DNA from: Octopus sinensis
Lineage: Eukaryota
DNA length: 64,000 nucleotides
Direction of reading: 5' to 3'
Assembly: GCF_006345805.1 (NCBI RefSeq)
Contig: NC_043006.1
Span: forward strand, 6,448,001-6,512,000
The position numbers were made by a program, and so were the translations under genes. This document shows, piece by piece, positions 62,705-64,000 of the stretch; within the stretch, counting starts at the first letter, position 1, and each line of letters starts with the position of its first letter. A model generated the notes under the pieces. It had not been told where the DNA came from. It was given only the letters and a program-made list of their open reading frames with translations, and did no database searches.

Positions 62705-63835
62705 TATCTGTTTGAACACAAGATTTCACACCAAAAAACCTTGCAAAACAAATATATAAACGTAACAATTTAAAACTGTTTTACACCTACATATTTTAAT
62801 ATCTTTTTAAAATGTATCATTCTCAAGTTATCATAATCCAGATCTAAAATATACCTTGTAGATTGGAATGTTTAACGTGAACTTATTTCCAAGTGGAAGA
62901 CAATTCGCAATGAATACGCTCCTAATTCTCTTTAAAGTTGCTAAATGTTTTCACGATATGTAAATACCCACTAAAGTAGTCCAGAACTCTGCTACTCTAC
63001 GAATACATAGAGGATATATGTCTTGGTGAGCAACCAATCATTTCCCCTTGCAATTATTATAATTGAGAACACCCATACACATTTTCCTGATGAAAATATG
63101 TAACGAAATTTGAAAAAAATTGCAGAGCTGTTAACCAATTCAAGCAAGCGAAAGTATTGGGTTTTTTCTTTTTTCAGAATTCAATATAGCATAATCGACA
63201 CTTCAGGACATATTCCAGGAAGTTGGTAAAACCAAATTCTGAAATATATCCATTCAAACAAAGCATGAAATACAACACAACGCCATTTAGACATAAGATA
63301 TAACTCGCAGTTGAAAACCAGGGAGAAACTTCGAAAACAATAGACTGACATCATGCACGACAGAAATAATTAAATAACTGGGCGAGGAAATATCAAGGAA
63401 AAGCTAATGAAGAGGCAGCTATCATGACCATATTACATACCTTGTTACAATGACGACGTTAAATACTCTAATATCCTCGGCTTATCTCTCATTGAACGTT
63501 TCTCAACACGTACTTTAGAAAGCTGTCTCGACGTGAAACACTTCACACACCCAACATTTATATAGAAGTCTAAAGAAACACAACATTGAAAGACACGCAG
63601 ATTCACAGGCTGAAAATCACTGAACGTCTGAGATTATAAGCACTCACAACTGCTACAATTACTTCTACCAAAACATGGTAAACACCTTAACTGTTCTAAC
63701 GCGCAACAAAAGCTTACTGACGTGACATCCTATGCGCACGTTACAGTTTTATTCAGAAACTATAATACTTGATATTACCACCCTCCCTATATTGATGAAA
63801 ACCACTTAAATTACACAATATACTAGTTAGAAATC

Positions 63836-64000
63836 TGGAGGCGCAGTGGCCCAGTGGTTAGGGCAGCGGACTCGCGGTCATAGGATCGCGGTTTCGATTC
63901 CCAGACCGGGCGTTGTGAGTGTTTATTGAGCGAAAACACCTAAAGCTCCACGAGGCTCCGGCAGGGGATGGCGGTGATCCCTGCTGTACTCTTTCACCAC
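63836..64000 (+). mobile_element. SINE family B, cut by the window end
   Basis: Head and core identical to the other family B copies. Confidence 0.9.

Overview
AT-rich, repeat-saturated eukaryotic DNA with no confidently identifiable host protein-coding exon. The mix of tRNA-headed SINEs, (TA)n/(CATA)n/(AAT)n microsatellites and RTE, R4/Dong-like, L1/Tx1-like and Penelope-like retroelements is what I associate with octopod cephalopod genomes (inference, no database search). Contents: at least four tRNA-derived SINE families, several with target-site duplications (TSDs); a young RTE LINE with a twin-priming-type 5' inversion; a same-strand stack of R4/Dong-like LINEs and partner elements in (AAT)n arrays; two non-autonomous Helitrons; Tc1/mariner remnants and MITEs. 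Most notable: (1) two diverged ORF1-only retroelements with a CCHC zinc knuckle (HAL1-like), one flanked by a TSD inside a SINE; (2) three minimal type-I hammerhead ribozyme candidates of the Penelope type, one with a reciprocal G3:C8 core swap and one centred in a TA-flanked element with 80-bp inverted repeats; (3) a ~555-bp non-coding element found only in (AAT)n arrays, plus a Dong-like internal-deletion derivative. Most ORF-track entries are microsatellite or antisense artefacts.
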